This document shows positions 37,445-47,357 of a stretch of DNA of 64,000 nt, piece after piece. Position numbers and translations under genes: made by a program. The notes beneath the pieces are model-generated. The model was not told the origin of the DNA, did no database searches, and saw only the letters and a list, made by a program, of their open reading frames with translations. This DNA comes from Myxococcota bacterium (GTDB lineage: Bacteria; Myxococcota_A; SURF-8), in assembly GCA_965140415.1 (NCBI GenBank), contig OZ223209.1:32001-96000 (forward strand), in the 5' to 3' direction. Positions within the stretch are counted from its first letter, which is position 1; each line of letters begins with the position of its first letter.

Positions 37445-38503
37445 ATGCGTCGCCTGTCCCTGGTTATGATGTCGTTTGCATTGTGCGGCTTGATGCTGCT
37501 TGGTGCTACTCAATGCTCCTCCAGCAGCGAGGACGAATTCGAATGCACACTCGATGCCGACTGCGATAGCAACAACCGTTGTTTAAACGGCCAGTGCGTC
37601 TCGCTGGTCTGCATGCAGGATAACGATTGCCTTGCTACCGAAGTCTGCGAAATTCCCACCGGCGAAGTCACCGGACTGTGCAAAGCGGCAACAATTACCG
37701 ACGGCGACGACGATCAGGCGGAGGCGGCGGTTCAAAACTGCGATATCAACGACATCCGCTGTCGCGGCGACGAATTACAGACCTGCCAGAAGAAAAACGG
37801 CGTCTGGGATTTCCGCTTGAGCCAGGTTTGTGAATGCGGTTGCGAAAACGAGCGTTGCGTGGAATGTGTCGACGGCGACCCGGATTTGGAACTGGAGCCG
37901 GAACTGGAACCGGAGCCGGAACCGATCTGCCGCGCGGGAGACTATCGCTGTTATTCCAACCAGGTACAGCTCTGCTCGGACGACGGCATGGAATGGCGCG
38001 TAGACGATCCCTGCCTCAGCGGCACCTGCGTCGAACAACTTCCCGATGCCTGGTGCGGTCCGAAATTGATCTGCGATCCGGGTATGCGCCTGTGTGATCT
38101 GGAAGGCCGAAACGCCGTAGCCACCTGCAACTCCGAAGGCACCGACTGGAGCCTGATGTACTGTGCCGCCAGCCAGGAATGTGAAGACGGCATCTGTGTC
38201 GCCGGTGGTGAATGCACGGCCAACTACTATCGCTGCAACGGCAACGCCGTAGAAAAATGCGCCCAGGACGGCAGCGGCTGGGTGCCGGTGAAAAACTGCG
38301 GAAGCACGGAAGTCTGTTCCTGCGGGCAGTACGTCGGCACCAACTGCGCCATGGCCGACTGCATCGCCACGGCGGTCTGTACGCCCTGGCAGCGTCAGTG
38401 CAGCGGTAACGTGGTGCAGATGTGCTCCTTCGACGGAACGCAGTGGTCCAATATCGAAACCTGCGCCGACGAAGAAACCTGCTCCAACGGGCAGTGTATC
38501 TGA
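37445..38503 (+). CDS. Cys-rich repeat lipoprotein with DGD/EP linkers
   Basis: Signal peptide ending ATQC-SSS; repeated C...RC.GN.V..C..DG..W....C modules; TDGDDD and VDGDPDLELEPELEPEPEP. Confidence 0.75.
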   Translation: MRRLSLVMMSFALCGLMLLGATQCSSSSEDEFECTLDADCDSNNRCLNGQCVSLVCMQDNDCLATEVCEIPTGEVTGLCKAATITDGDDDQAEAAVQNCDINDIRCRGDELQTCQKKNGVWDFRLSQVCECGCENERCVECVDGDPDLELEPELEPEPEPICRAGDYRCYSNQVQLCSDDGMEWRVDDPCLSGTCVEQLPDAWCGPKLICDPGMRLCDLEGRNAVATCNSEGTDWSLMYCAASQECEDGICVAGGECTANYYRCNGNAVEKCAQDGSGWVPVKNCGSTEVCSCGQYVGTNCAMADCIATAVCTPWQRQCSGNVVQMCSFDGTQWSNIETCADEETCSNGQCI

Positions 38504-38525
38504 TTCTTCAACACGGGAGGGAAAA

Positions 38526-39179
38526 ATGGCAACCATCGGTGTGGTGCTGTCCGGCTGCGGTTTTTTGGACGGCACGGAAATTCACGAAGCCACGTTAACC
38601 CTGCTTTATCTCGACGCGCTGGGCGTTGAGATTCGCTGCATGGCTCCCGACACCGAAATCGTGGAGCCTATCGACCATGCCCACAAGCAACCGGCCAATG
38701 ACGCGCGCAACGTGCTGGCCGAATCGGCACGTATCGCCAGAACGGAAATCTGCGATATCGCCACGGTACAACCCGACGAACTGGACGGCCTGATCTTCCC
38801 CGGCGGTTTTGGTGCGGCCAAGAACCTGTGCGACTGGGCCACCAAAGGCCCCGCCTGCGACGTCCATCCGGAAGTGGCGCGGCTGGTGCTGGGTATGCAC
38901 GTACAAAAGAAACCGATGGGCTTTATCTGCATCGCCCCGGTGATCGCCGCGCGTATGCTGGGAGAAACCGGCGTCACGCTGACAATCGGAAACGACAGCG
39001 CCACAGCGGCGGGACTCGAAGCCACCGGCGCGCGTCACGCAGACTGCACGGTAGATGAGATCGTCGTCGATCCGGCACACAAGATCGTAACCACCCCGGC
39101 TTACATGCTGGGACCGTCGATTGCCTATGTCGCCAAGGGGATCAAGAAACTGGTGCGGCAGGTAGTGGACTGGAGCTGA
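38526..39179 (+). CDS. elbB: ElbB (DJ-1/PfpI-family glyoxalase)
   Basis: VLSGCGFLDGTEIHE, RNVLAESARIAR, PGGFGAAKNL, CIAP, TTPAYM. Confidence 0.92.
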   Translation: MATIGVVLSGCGFLDGTEIHEATLTLLYLDALGVEIRCMAPDTEIVEPIDHAHKQPANDARNVLAESARIARTEICDIATVQPDELDGLIFPGGFGAAKNLCDWATKGPACDVHPEVARLVLGMHVQKKPMGFICIAPVIAARMLGETGVTLTIGNDSATAAGLEATGARHADCTVDEIVVDPAHKIVTTPAYMLGPSIAYVAKGIKKLVRQVVDWS

Positions 39180-39220
39180 TTAACTCGTTGCTCGCTATGT
39201 AATGGAGGTCGGATTTTCAT

Positions 39221-39285
39221 GTTGGAGCATGGGCTCCTGTCCTGCTCCAACCGTTTGTCTATCTTCGATGGATCAGGATTGCATC
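39221..39285 (+). repeat. Hairpin repeat A followed by the left part of repeat B (IS target)
   Basis: GTTGGAGCATGGGCTCCTGTCCTGCTCC...CGATGGATCAGGATTGCATC; the rest of B continues at 40608-40658. Confidence 0.75.
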
Positions 39286-40607
39286 CACATCTGTCCGGTT
39301 AACTATTGAATAATTCCAACTGTTTACCGAAAGGGGGGGATTTCGCTGAATCACCATTTGCCTTCAGTACCTGTAAAATGGGGCTTTCCTCGAAAAGTGT
39401 GACGCTCAAAATCTGTAGAATCGTCATCAAACTGTGCTCGAGATTCAGATCCTTTTTCAAAATCGCCACTAAAAGGTAAACTGTTATCGAAATCCATACC
39501 TGCGTTTTCACCGCGTTGGCACTGGTCCCGTAGAACGCCTTGATGCGTAGATTCTGCTTGATCCATTTGAAAAACACTTCGATGCTCCAACGAAGCCGAT
39601 ACAAGTCCGGAATCGTTTCCGATGGCAGATCGAAAGCGTTGGTCAGCCAGACAAATCGGCTTTTCGATTCCGGATCGGTGTAATTGATACGCCGCAACTG
39701 GTCGGGGTAACGCTTGAGGGAAGCGCGATCAACAAGAGAAACGGTTTGGTCTGTTCTCAAACCTGTGCTTTTATCAACAGGACGAGAATAAATCTTTTTT
39801 GTGTGCGTATCCTTTCGTGCTCTAAGAATAAAGAAAGCTCCTGCTTGATTGATTTTATACATCCGCTTGTAATCCAGATATCCGCGATCCATGATGTAAA
39901 AAGCACCCGCTTCCAGGGGCAGAATATCCAGCAGACGCTTGTCCTGGCTTTTACCGTCTGTAATGGAAATAAAGGTAGGAATTCGTCCGCGCAGATCCAT
40001 CTGCGTATGCAGTCGGAGCGATCCATAGTGACGTGTAAATTTGGCCCAGGGAAAAAGAGACAAACTCAAATCGATGGCCGTGGTGTCCAGAGCGTAAGCG
40101 GTGGCATCCAGATCGACGCCGAGCTTTTCGTCCGCATACAGTGTGCGAGCGCGCCGTATCAGAGGTTGCGCGAGATCTTCGTATATACGCCAGTCGCGGT
40201 GCTCGTTGGCGTCGGCCAGTGTACTTCGAGATACTTTTCCTCGAACCCCCATTCGGTAGAGTTTTGATCCCAACGCACGCAAGGTCGCTTCGATGTCGCG
40301 CAGACTTTCCCTGTAAGACAACTGCGCGAATGCCATGCAGATGAATTGATCCATGCAGGAAAAGGTACGAATGCGCTTGTTCCCCTGATAGCGGTGGACA
40401 CAACGTCTGAAATGCCAATTGGGCAAGTAATCAAGTACTTGCGAAAAGACAGTTTGAGGCATATGCTCCTCCTGCAAATGGGTCATGGAAAACAAGTCCA
40501 TTTTGCACGAGAACGAAAATCTATCGCAAGCACATTGAAAGAGGTGTTTTTGTTAAAGATACTGGATAGTTACTGTGGTTTGCGTTAAAGTTAACCGGAC
40601 AGATGTG
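39286..40607 (-). mobile_element. IS4-family insertion sequence, type 1 copy a (1322 bp)
   Basis: Terminal inverted repeats CACATCTGTCCGGTTAACT / AGTTAACCGGACAGATGTG; 9-bp duplication GATTGCATC at 39277-39285 and 40608-40616. Confidence 0.95.
39299..40462 (-). CDS. IS4-family DDE transposase (DUF4372-type N-terminus)
   Basis: LDTT, MDRGY, YRLRWSIEVFFKWIKQ (YREK motif); AGGAGG before MPQTVF. Confidence 0.93.
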   Translation of the reverse strand: MPQTVFSQVLDYLPNWHFRRCVHRYQGNKRIRTFSCMDQFICMAFAQLSYRESLRDIEATLRALGSKLYRMGVRGKVSRSTLADANEHRDWRIYEDLAQPLIRRARTLYADEKLGVDLDATAYALDTTAIDLSLSLFPWAKFTRHYGSLRLHTQMDLRGRIPTFISITDGKSQDKRLLDILPLEAGAFYIMDRGYLDYKRMYKINQAGAFFILRARKDTHTKKIYSRPVDKSTGLRTDQTVSLVDRASLKRYPDQLRRINYTDPESKSRFVWLTNAFDLPSETIPDLYRLRWSIEVFFKWIKQNLRIKAFYGTSANAVKTQVWISITVYLLVAILKKDLNLEHSLMTILQILSVTLFEESPILQVLKANGDSAKSPPFGKQLELFNS

Positions 40608-40694
40608 GATTGCATCCTGATCCGTAACGTTTCAAGCGGGATGCAATCCCGCTCGATCTTGAAGAGCTGATTTTATCGTCTTTCTTGTTGCCTT

Positions 40695-41459
40695 TTACCA
40701 GGCATACCCCAGATCGAACAGTAATTTCACTTTAAAGCCGGAGCCGATGGTTTTGCAGCTATAACCGGAGGGGCAGGCGTCTTCCTGTATGACGAATCCC
40801 CAGCCGGTGCCCCCGCCTACTGAAGTGGTAAACCCGTTTTCGAAGATCCAGCGATATCCAAACTGCATGCCCGGCACCAGGTAAATGATGCTCACTACCT
40901 TGTCATCATCGCCAAAAGAGGTACCCGCCTGAAAGTAGGGTCCAAAAAACCATCCGTTGTTGGCGCGCCGATGCAGCCAGAATTGCAGTGCGAATTCTCC
41001 ACCGAGATCGTGTGCGTCGCTTAAAACGGGAGGAGTATAAATAAAGCTGAAACTTCCGGTCACGTTTTCATGAAAGGTGCGCGTGTAGGACAAACAGGGC
41101 CCGGCAAAGACCACACCAATCGGCAAAACGGAAAACACGTTATCCTTGGTGACGGGCCGATAGGGCTTCACCGCCGAAAGATCGGTTTCGTCCGAATCCT
41201 CCGGTTCCGTCGGGGCTTCCCAGGTGACTTCTTCTTCGCTGCTTTCCGATTTATTCTGCTCGTCTGCGCTTTCTTCTGTTGCAGCAGCAGGGGCGCTGGG
41301 TGGTTGCTCGGTTTCAGGAGTAACCGTGGCGGTGTCTGTCCTCGTTTCGGTGACCGGTGGGGTGTTTTCTGGAGCGTCAGTAGAGGAATCGTCCTGGGCA
41401 TGCGCTAGAGGCATCCAGCAAAGTATGATCAGTATTGAAAGCGCGACGAATTTTCCCAT
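40695..41459 (-). CDS. Putative outer-membrane beta-barrel protein (DUF3575-like) with an acidic N-terminal linker
   Basis: Signal peptide ending AHA; GWFFGP, FGYRWIF..GF...GGG; C-terminus FDLGYAW. Confidence 0.7.
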   Translation of the reverse strand: MGKFVALSILIILCWMPLAHAQDDSSTDAPENTPPVTETRTDTATVTPETEQPPSAPAAATEESADEQNKSESSEEEVTWEAPTEPEDSDETDLSAVKPYRPVTKDNVFSVLPIGVVFAGPCLSYTRTFHENVTGSFSFIYTPPVLSDAHDLGGEFALQFWLHRRANNGWFFGPYFQAGTSFGDDDKVVSIIYLVPGMQFGYRWIFENGFTTSVGGGTGWGFVIQEDACPSGYSCKTIGSGFKVKLLFDLGYAW

Positions 41460-41693
41460 GGTTTCTCCTTTCGCAAATCCAGCGGACCATGACCGTGCAA
41501 GGAGAATCGTTTCGCCGCTGTCTTCCGCTCTGAAATGTCAGTGAATGCAGTCAGTGTAGGCCAATACAGAAATGGGAGTCAACTAGAAATATCAATAGCC
41601 GAATTTGTAGGGGCGGGAAATTTGAAACGACCAAGGAGAAACGGGCAGAGTAAAAACCCTGCCCGCATGGAAATTGATTTGAGAATGAAGTGA

Positions 41694-42887
41694 CTAGCGG
41701 ATCACATCCAGCTGCTTGCCGACCTTGACGAAGGCTTCGATGGCGCGGTCCAGATGCTCGATGTCGTGCGCCGCCGAAATCTGCGTGCGAATGCGCGCCT
41801 TGCCCTTGGGAACGACCGGATAGCTGAAGCCGATGACGTACACGCCTTCTTCCAGCATCAAGTCGGCAAAGTCCATCGCCAGCTTGGCGTCGCCCAGCAT
41901 CACCGGGGTAATGGGATGCTCGCCGGGCAGGATGTCGAAGCCGGTGGTGGCCATTTTCTCGCGGAAGTAGCGCGTATTGCGTTCCAGCTTGTCGCGCAGC
42001 TCGGTGGATTCCATCAGGATGTCGATGCATCCCAATGTGCCAGCCGCGATCATCGGAGCCAGGGCGTTACTGAACAGGTAAGGGCGGGAACGCTGGCGCA
42101 GCTTCTCGACGATCTCCTTATGCGCGGCGGTAAAGCCTCCGCTGGCGCCGCCCATGGCCTTGCCGAAGGTCGAGGTGATGATGTCCACTCGGCCCATGAC
42201 GTTACGATATTCCGGCGTGCCGCGCCCGGTCTTACCGACAAAGCCGGTGGCGTGCGAATCGTCCACCATCACGAGCGCGTCGTATTTCTCCGCCAGATCG
42301 CAGATTTCATCGAGCTTGGCGATGTAGCCGTCCATCGAAAAGACGCCATCGGTGGCGATCATTTTATTGCGAACGCCCTTGGCGTCGGCTTCCTGCAACT
42401 TGGCTTCCAGATCCGCCATGTCCGAATTCTTGTAGCGGTAGCGCTGCGCCTTGCACAGGCGAACGCCGTCGATGATCGAAGCGTGGTTCAGTTCGTCGGA
42501 AATGATGGCGTCCTCTTCCGTCAACAGCGTTTCGAACAGACCGCCGTTGGCGTCGAAGCAGGAACAGTACAGGATGGCGTCGTCCATTTGAAGGAATGTC
42601 GAGATCGCCTTTTCGAGTTCTTTATGCAGATCCAATGTGCCGCAGATAAAGCGCACGGAACTCATGCCGAAACCGCGCTCTTCCATGGCGGTCTTGGCCG
42701 CTTCGATCAACAACTCGCTATTGGAGAGACCCAGGTAGTTGTTGGCGCACATGTTGATCACTTTGCCTTTGGGTACGTGAATCTCCGCGCTCTGCGGCGA
42801 CTGGATCACACGCTCCCCTTTCCAAAGCCCGGCCTCGCTGATGTCGTTGAGTTCTCCGATCAACTGTTCCTTGAACTTTCCGTACAT
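41694..42887 (-). CDS. kbl: Glycine C-acetyltransferase (2-amino-3-ketobutyrate CoA ligase)
   Basis: [56 protein letters not shown]. Confidence 0.95.
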   Translation of the reverse strand: MYGKFKEQLIGELNDISEAGLWKGERVIQSPQSAEIHVPKGKVINMCANNYLGLSNSELLIEAAKTAMEERGFGMSSVRFICGTLDLHKELEKAISTFLQMDDAILYCSCFDANGGLFETLLTEEDAIISDELNHASIIDGVRLCKAQRYRYKNSDMADLEAKLQEADAKGVRNKMIATDGVFSMDGYIAKLDEICDLAEKYDALVMVDDSHATGFVGKTGRGTPEYRNVMGRVDIITSTFGKAMGGASGGFTAAHKEIVEKLRQRSRPYLFSNALAPMIAAGTLGCIDILMESTELRDKLERNTRYFREKMATTGFDILPGEHPITPVMLGDAKLAMDFADLMLEEGVYVIGFSYPVVPKGKARIRTQISAAHDIEHLDRAIEAFVKVGKQLDVIR

Positions 42888-42921
42888 GACCTCTCCTTTT
42901 GCTTACCAATTTTGGCGACGG

Positions 42922-43965
42922 CTAGAAGTTTAACACCACTTTGCCGCATTCGCCGCTTTGCATCAACTCAAATCCTTTTTCGTAATCCTCGAAGGCGAAT
43001 TCATGGGTAACGATCGGGGCGACGTTCAACTGCCCGGAACGCAACAGTCCGCGCATCTTGAACCAGCTATCCCAGATGCGCCGCCCGCAGACGCCGTGAA
43101 TGCTGATGGCGTTGAAGACTACATCCTGCGCGATGTTCATGCTGACTTCCGCATTCGGAATCCCCAGCAATACGACGTTCCCGCCGGTTTTAACGACTTT
43201 GAGCGCGGTTTGAATGGCGGCAGGCGTTCCGGCGATCTCCAGCACCACGTCCACGCCATGTCCGTCGGTGTGCTCCATGATGTACTCGCGCGGATCGGTG
43301 TGCTTGGACAGCACCGCATGGTGTGCGCCTACTTCCTTACCCAGTCGCTGCCGGTAGGGATTATCCCAGTCGAAAGCAAAGATTTCCGCCGCTCCGATGG
43401 CGCGCAATACCGCCACCGCCAGCAGCCCAACCGGTCCCAGACCGAAGACCGCCACCTTCTTCGCCACGCAATCCGTGCGGAATACGGTATGCACCGCATT
43501 GCCCAGGGGATCTTGAATGGCCGCGAAAGCGGCGGGCGTGCTTTCGTCGTTTTTCCACAGGTTCATTTCCGGAAAGGTGAAATATTCGCGGAACACGCCA
43601 TCGACGTCGTAGCCCAGCCCCTTCCAGTTGTAGCAGACGTGCCCGTTTCCCGTGCGGCAGTTGTCGCAGAGTCCGCAGACCAGGTGACCTTCGCCGCTGA
43701 CGTAGTCGCCCACCTGCACGCTGTGAACGTCCTCGCCTACGGCGGCGACTTCGGCGGCGAATTCATGTCCGATGATGGTGGGGACGTTGACGCGGCTCTG
43801 GCTCCAGGCGTCCCAGTTGTAGATATGCAGATCGGTGCCGCAAATCGCCACGGCGCGGTTTTTCAGCAGCACTTCGCCCGGCGCGGGCTCGGCAACGGGC
43901 ACCTCGCGAAATTCGAGTCCGCCTCTTTCCGCTTTGGCCTTCACAATCGCTTTCGTCGTTTTCAT
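42922..43965 (-). CDS. tdh: L-threonine 3-dehydrogenase
   Basis: ICGTDLHIYNWDAW, GHEF, SGEGHLVCG.C..C...HVC, DPLGNAVH; adjacent to kbl. Confidence 0.92.
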   Translation of the reverse strand: MKTTKAIVKAKAERGGLEFREVPVAEPAPGEVLLKNRAVAICGTDLHIYNWDAWSQSRVNVPTIIGHEFAAEVAAVGEDVHSVQVGDYVSGEGHLVCGLCDNCRTGNGHVCYNWKGLGYDVDGVFREYFTFPEMNLWKNDESTPAAFAAIQDPLGNAVHTVFRTDCVAKKVAVFGLGPVGLLAVAVLRAIGAAEIFAFDWDNPYRQRLGKEVGAHHAVLSKHTDPREYIMEHTDGHGVDVVLEIAGTPAAIQTALKVVKTGGNVVLLGIPNAEVSMNIAQDVVFNAISIHGVCGRRIWDSWFKMRGLLRSGQLNVAPIVTHEFAFEDYEKGFELMQSGECGKVVLNF

Positions 43966-44061
43966 ATTACACCCTCGTTGAAATTTCGCACACATGATGG
44001 CCATCAACTCCAGGGACGAAGCACCCTGTGCGGGGGTGACGCATCCCTGATTTCGGGTGCC

Positions 44062-44089
44062 ATTCTACCCCGGGCAAAACGGGAGTCAA
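44062..44089 (-). promoter_or_regulatory. Sigma70-like promoter of tdh-kbl
   Basis: TTGACT-16-TAGAAT on the minus strand. Confidence 0.55.
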
Positions 44090-44124
44090 CGGATTAATCG
44101 GGTGTTTTAGAGAAACAAATCGCT

Positions 44125-45492
44125 TCACGCTTCGATCTGATATTCCTTGATTTTGTACAGTAAGGCACGATGACTGATCTCCAGCAGTTTGGCCGCCGCC
44201 GTGCGATTGCCGCCGGTTTTCTTTAACGCCTTGCGAATCAGATCGTTTTCGATTTTGTATACGGCTTTTTTGACCGACAGGTTGCTTTCCGGTAGTTCCA
44301 GTTTGTAATTCGGCTGGAATTCCGTGATCTTGGCGGGTAGATCGTCTAACGTGATTTCATGCCCGTCGCAAAGCACCATGGCGCGTTCGATGGTATTTTC
44401 CAATTCGCGGACATTGCCCGGCCAATGGTATTTTTCCAGCGATTCCAATGCGTTGCTATTGACTTCATGGATTCCCACGCCCAGCCGTTCGTTGAAACGG
44501 TTGAGGAAGTGATCGACCAGTAACGGAATATCGCCCCTGCGTTCCCGTAACGGCGGCATATGAAGATGCACCACGTTCAGGCGATAAAACAGGTCTTCGC
44601 GGAACAAGCCCTTTTTCACCTGCTCGTTCAAATCCTTCACGGTGGCTGCGATGATCCGAACGTCCACCTTGATCGCCCGTTCCCCGCCGACGCGACGCAC
44701 TTCGCCTTCCTGCAACACGCGCAACAGCTTGACCTGCAAGACCTGAGGCAATTCCCCGATTTCATCCAGCAGCATCGTACCGCCGTCGGCTTCCTCGAAC
44801 AGTCCCTTGCGCTGCCGGATCGCGTCTGTGAACGCGCCTTTTTCGTGACCGAACAACTCGCTTTCGATCAGGTTTTCCGGGATCGCGCCGCAGTTCACCG
44901 CCACGAATTTATGGTTTTCCCGTCCGCTGACGGTATGAACGGCGCGCGCCAGCAGTTCCTTACCCGTGCCACTGTCTCCGGTAATCAGCACCGTGCTTGT
45001 AAACTTGGCGACCTTCTGCGCCATCTTGAACAGCTTGTGCATGGCGTCATCGTTACTGATGATACGGGCAAAGTCGTAGTCTTCCTGCAAGCGCCGTTTC
45101 AGCGCCAGGTTTTCCCGAGCAAGGCGTTCGCGTTCCTGGGCCTTGCGAATGGTCAGCACGACTTCGTCCGGGCGGAAGGGCTTGTTCAGGTAATCGTAGG
45201 CGCCATGCTTCATGGCGTCGATGGCGCCCTCGACAGAGCCGTAGGCGGTAATCATGATGAAGGTGGAATGAATGTTGTGTTTGCGCGCCTGTTGCAACAG
45301 TTCCGTGCCGCTCATCTTGGGCATGTTGATATCGCACAGCACGATATCGAAACTGCGTTCTTTAAGCAACGCAAGCGCTTCCTGGCCGTTGCTGGCATCG
45401 GCGCACTCAAAGCCTTCCTTCTTCAGCACCAACGACAGCATGTGCCGGATGTTTTCTTCGTCGTCCACAACCAGGATGTTGTTTACTTCCAC
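44125..45492 (-). CDS. Sigma54-dependent response regulator (NtrC/AtoC family)
   Basis: Receiver domain ILVVDDE; GDSGTGKE, ESELFGHEKGAFTDA, WPGNVRELEN; C-terminal HTH; GTG start with GGAGG. Confidence 0.93.
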   Translation of the reverse strand: MEVNNILVVDDEENIRHMLSLVLKKEGFECADASNGQEALALLKERSFDIVLCDINMPKMSGTELLQQARKHNIHSTFIMITAYGSVEGAIDAMKHGAYDYLNKPFRPDEVVLTIRKAQERERLARENLALKRRLQEDYDFARIISNDDAMHKLFKMAQKVAKFTSTVLITGDSGTGKELLARAVHTVSGRENHKFVAVNCGAIPENLIESELFGHEKGAFTDAIRQRKGLFEEADGGTMLLDEIGELPQVLQVKLLRVLQEGEVRRVGGERAIKVDVRIIAATVKDLNEQVKKGLFREDLFYRLNVVHLHMPPLRERRGDIPLLVDHFLNRFNERLGVGIHEVNSNALESLEKYHWPGNVRELENTIERAMVLCDGHEITLDDLPAKITEFQPNYKLELPESNLSVKKAVYKIENDLIRKALKKTGGNRTAAAKLLEISHRALLYKIKEYQIEA

Positions 45493-45749
45493 AGTGCGCC
45501 TCCTAAGATCAGGATGAATTCCCGTAGCGCCAGTGTAGCGCTTTGCCATGGAATCACGCAAGCAAAACCATGGGAAGCATTCCATTCGACCGGACTCTTT
45601 AAAAAAAGCTTTCTATAAAAGGTTACGACCACAACCACCTAAAGCGGTTGCGAAAAACGGAAGTCTCGCGTAAGGTGTTGTGCAAGACGAGTGGAAACAG
45701 GTATTTTGCCGCTGCATTGAATGACGACGAACTAGAAAGAGAGGCATGC

Positions 45750-47255
45750 ATGCAGGTGAGTTATCAGAAATCGGAGTTGATGGGCGTCAAGGCTGATGTC
45801 CTGGTGATTCCGGTAAGCAAGAACTGGGAAAAACGTCCCGAGTTGAAACAGTTGAACGAAGCGCTGGCTGGCGAATTGTTCCGGCGAACGAAAAAAGCTC
45901 AGTTCAAAGCCAAGGCCGGTTCGAGTTTCGTGCAGCAGTGCCCCGGCTCCTTCTCCTTCGACCGGGTGGCTCTCACCGCTGTGGATGCCAAGGAAACTCC
46001 CAACCCGGAAGATCTCTGGGACATGGGTCACAAGCTGGCCAACCGCTACCGCTCCAAAGCCGTGTCCACTCTGGCGATCTGGTGCGACTTCGCCCCGGAA
46101 GCCAAAACGAACGTGCTCTTTGCCAAGCTGACCCAGGGCGTACTCTGCGGCGGCTATCGTTTCGATAAATATTTTACCGATGCCGATGCCAAGGCGACAA
46201 AGACCGCGCTGAAAAAGCTGCTGCTAATAGGCGCAGGCGCACACAAGCCGACACCTGCCGTGGCCAAGGCAGCGATCGCTCGCGGCGTTGCGCTGGGTGA
46301 ATCCACCAACCTGGCGCGCGATCTGGTCAACGAACCGGCTGAAAGCATGACGCCCCAGATCTTCGCTTCGCAGGTGCAGAAAGTCGCCAAAGCCAACGGC
46401 TTGCAGTGCAAGGTCGAAAACGAAGCGCAGATCAAAAAGCGTGGTATGGGACTATTTCTGGCGGTGGCGCGCGGCAGCAAGAATCCGCCGCGTTTGATCA
46501 CGCTGACGCACAATCCGAAAAACGCAACAGGCAAACCCATCGTACTGGTCGGCAAGGGCCTGATGTACGATTCGGGCGGCTATTCGCTGAAACCTTCCTC
46601 CGGCATGGAAACGATGAAATGCGACATGTCCGGCTCGGCGGCGGTCGTCGGTGCGTTGACGGCCATTGCTAGATTGGGCGTGAAACGCAAGGTCATCGGC
46701 ATTGTGGCCGCCTGTGAGAACATGATCGGTTCCGGGGCGTATCGCGTTGGCGACATCTACACCTCGATGTCCGGGAAAACGGTGGAAGTGATGAACACCG
46801 ACGCGGAAGGCCGCCTGACGTTGGCGGATGCGCTGACGTATGGCGAAAGCTTCAAACCGGCCTGCATAGTGGACGTGGCGACGTTGACCGGCGCCTGCGT
46901 GGTGGCGCTGGGCGAGGAAACCGTCGGTGTCTTCAGCGCGGATGATAAACTGGCCGCCGACATCGAAAGCGCGTTCGAGCGCGCGGGTGAAGATGCCTGG
47001 CGTATGCCGATGAACAAGCGGCTGAAAAAGCTGCTCAAGTCGCCGATTGCAGATATGAAGAACGTCGGCAGTCGTTGGGGCGGTGCCATCACGGCGGGTC
47101 TGTTCTTGTCCAATTTCGTAGAAAAAGCGCCCTTCGCGCATCTGGACATTGCCGGTCCGGCCTTCCATACCGGCGAAGTCGGTCACTTGCCCAAAGGCGG
47201 CACCGGCGTAGCGGTAACGACCCTGGTGGAACTGGTCGATCCGAGCAGCAAGTAG
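45750..47255 (+). CDS. pepA: Leucyl aminopeptidase (M17)
   Basis: VGKGLMYDSGG, MKCDMSG, NTDAEGRL, DVATLTGA, HLDIAG. Confidence 0.93.
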   Translation: MQVSYQKSELMGVKADVLVIPVSKNWEKRPELKQLNEALAGELFRRTKKAQFKAKAGSSFVQQCPGSFSFDRVALTAVDAKETPNPEDLWDMGHKLANRYRSKAVSTLAIWCDFAPEAKTNVLFAKLTQGVLCGGYRFDKYFTDADAKATKTALKKLLLIGAGAHKPTPAVAKAAIARGVALGESTNLARDLVNEPAESMTPQIFASQVQKVAKANGLQCKVENEAQIKKRGMGLFLAVARGSKNPPRLITLTHNPKNATGKPIVLVGKGLMYDSGGYSLKPSSGMETMKCDMSGSAAVVGALTAIARLGVKRKVIGIVAACENMIGSGAYRVGDIYTSMSGKTVEVMNTDAEGRLTLADALTYGESFKPACIVDVATLTGACVVALGEETVGVFSADDKLAADIESAFERAGEDAWRMPMNKRLKKLLKSPIADMKNVGSRWGGAITAGLFLSNFVEKAPFAHLDIAGPAFHTGEVGHLPKGGTGVAVTTLVELVDPSSK

Positions 47256-47270
47256 TTTCATGATGTATCA

Positions 47271-47312
47271 CGGTCCCCTTCGCTGTTGCAGCAAGGGGGC
47301 CGTTTCTTTTTT
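47271..47312 (+). terminator. Intrinsic terminator after pepA
   Basis: CGGTCCCCTT...AAGGGGGCCG followed by TTTCTTTTTT. Confidence 0.7.
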
Positions 47313-47357
47313 ATGGTGATGTTTTTTTATTTCTCATGTTGGAGCATGGCTCCCGTC

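Noticed and set aside
41607-41665. Additional GTAG REP (GTAGGGGCGGG...CCCTGCCCG)
   Set aside because: Too degenerate; the hairpin may simply be the kbl terminator.
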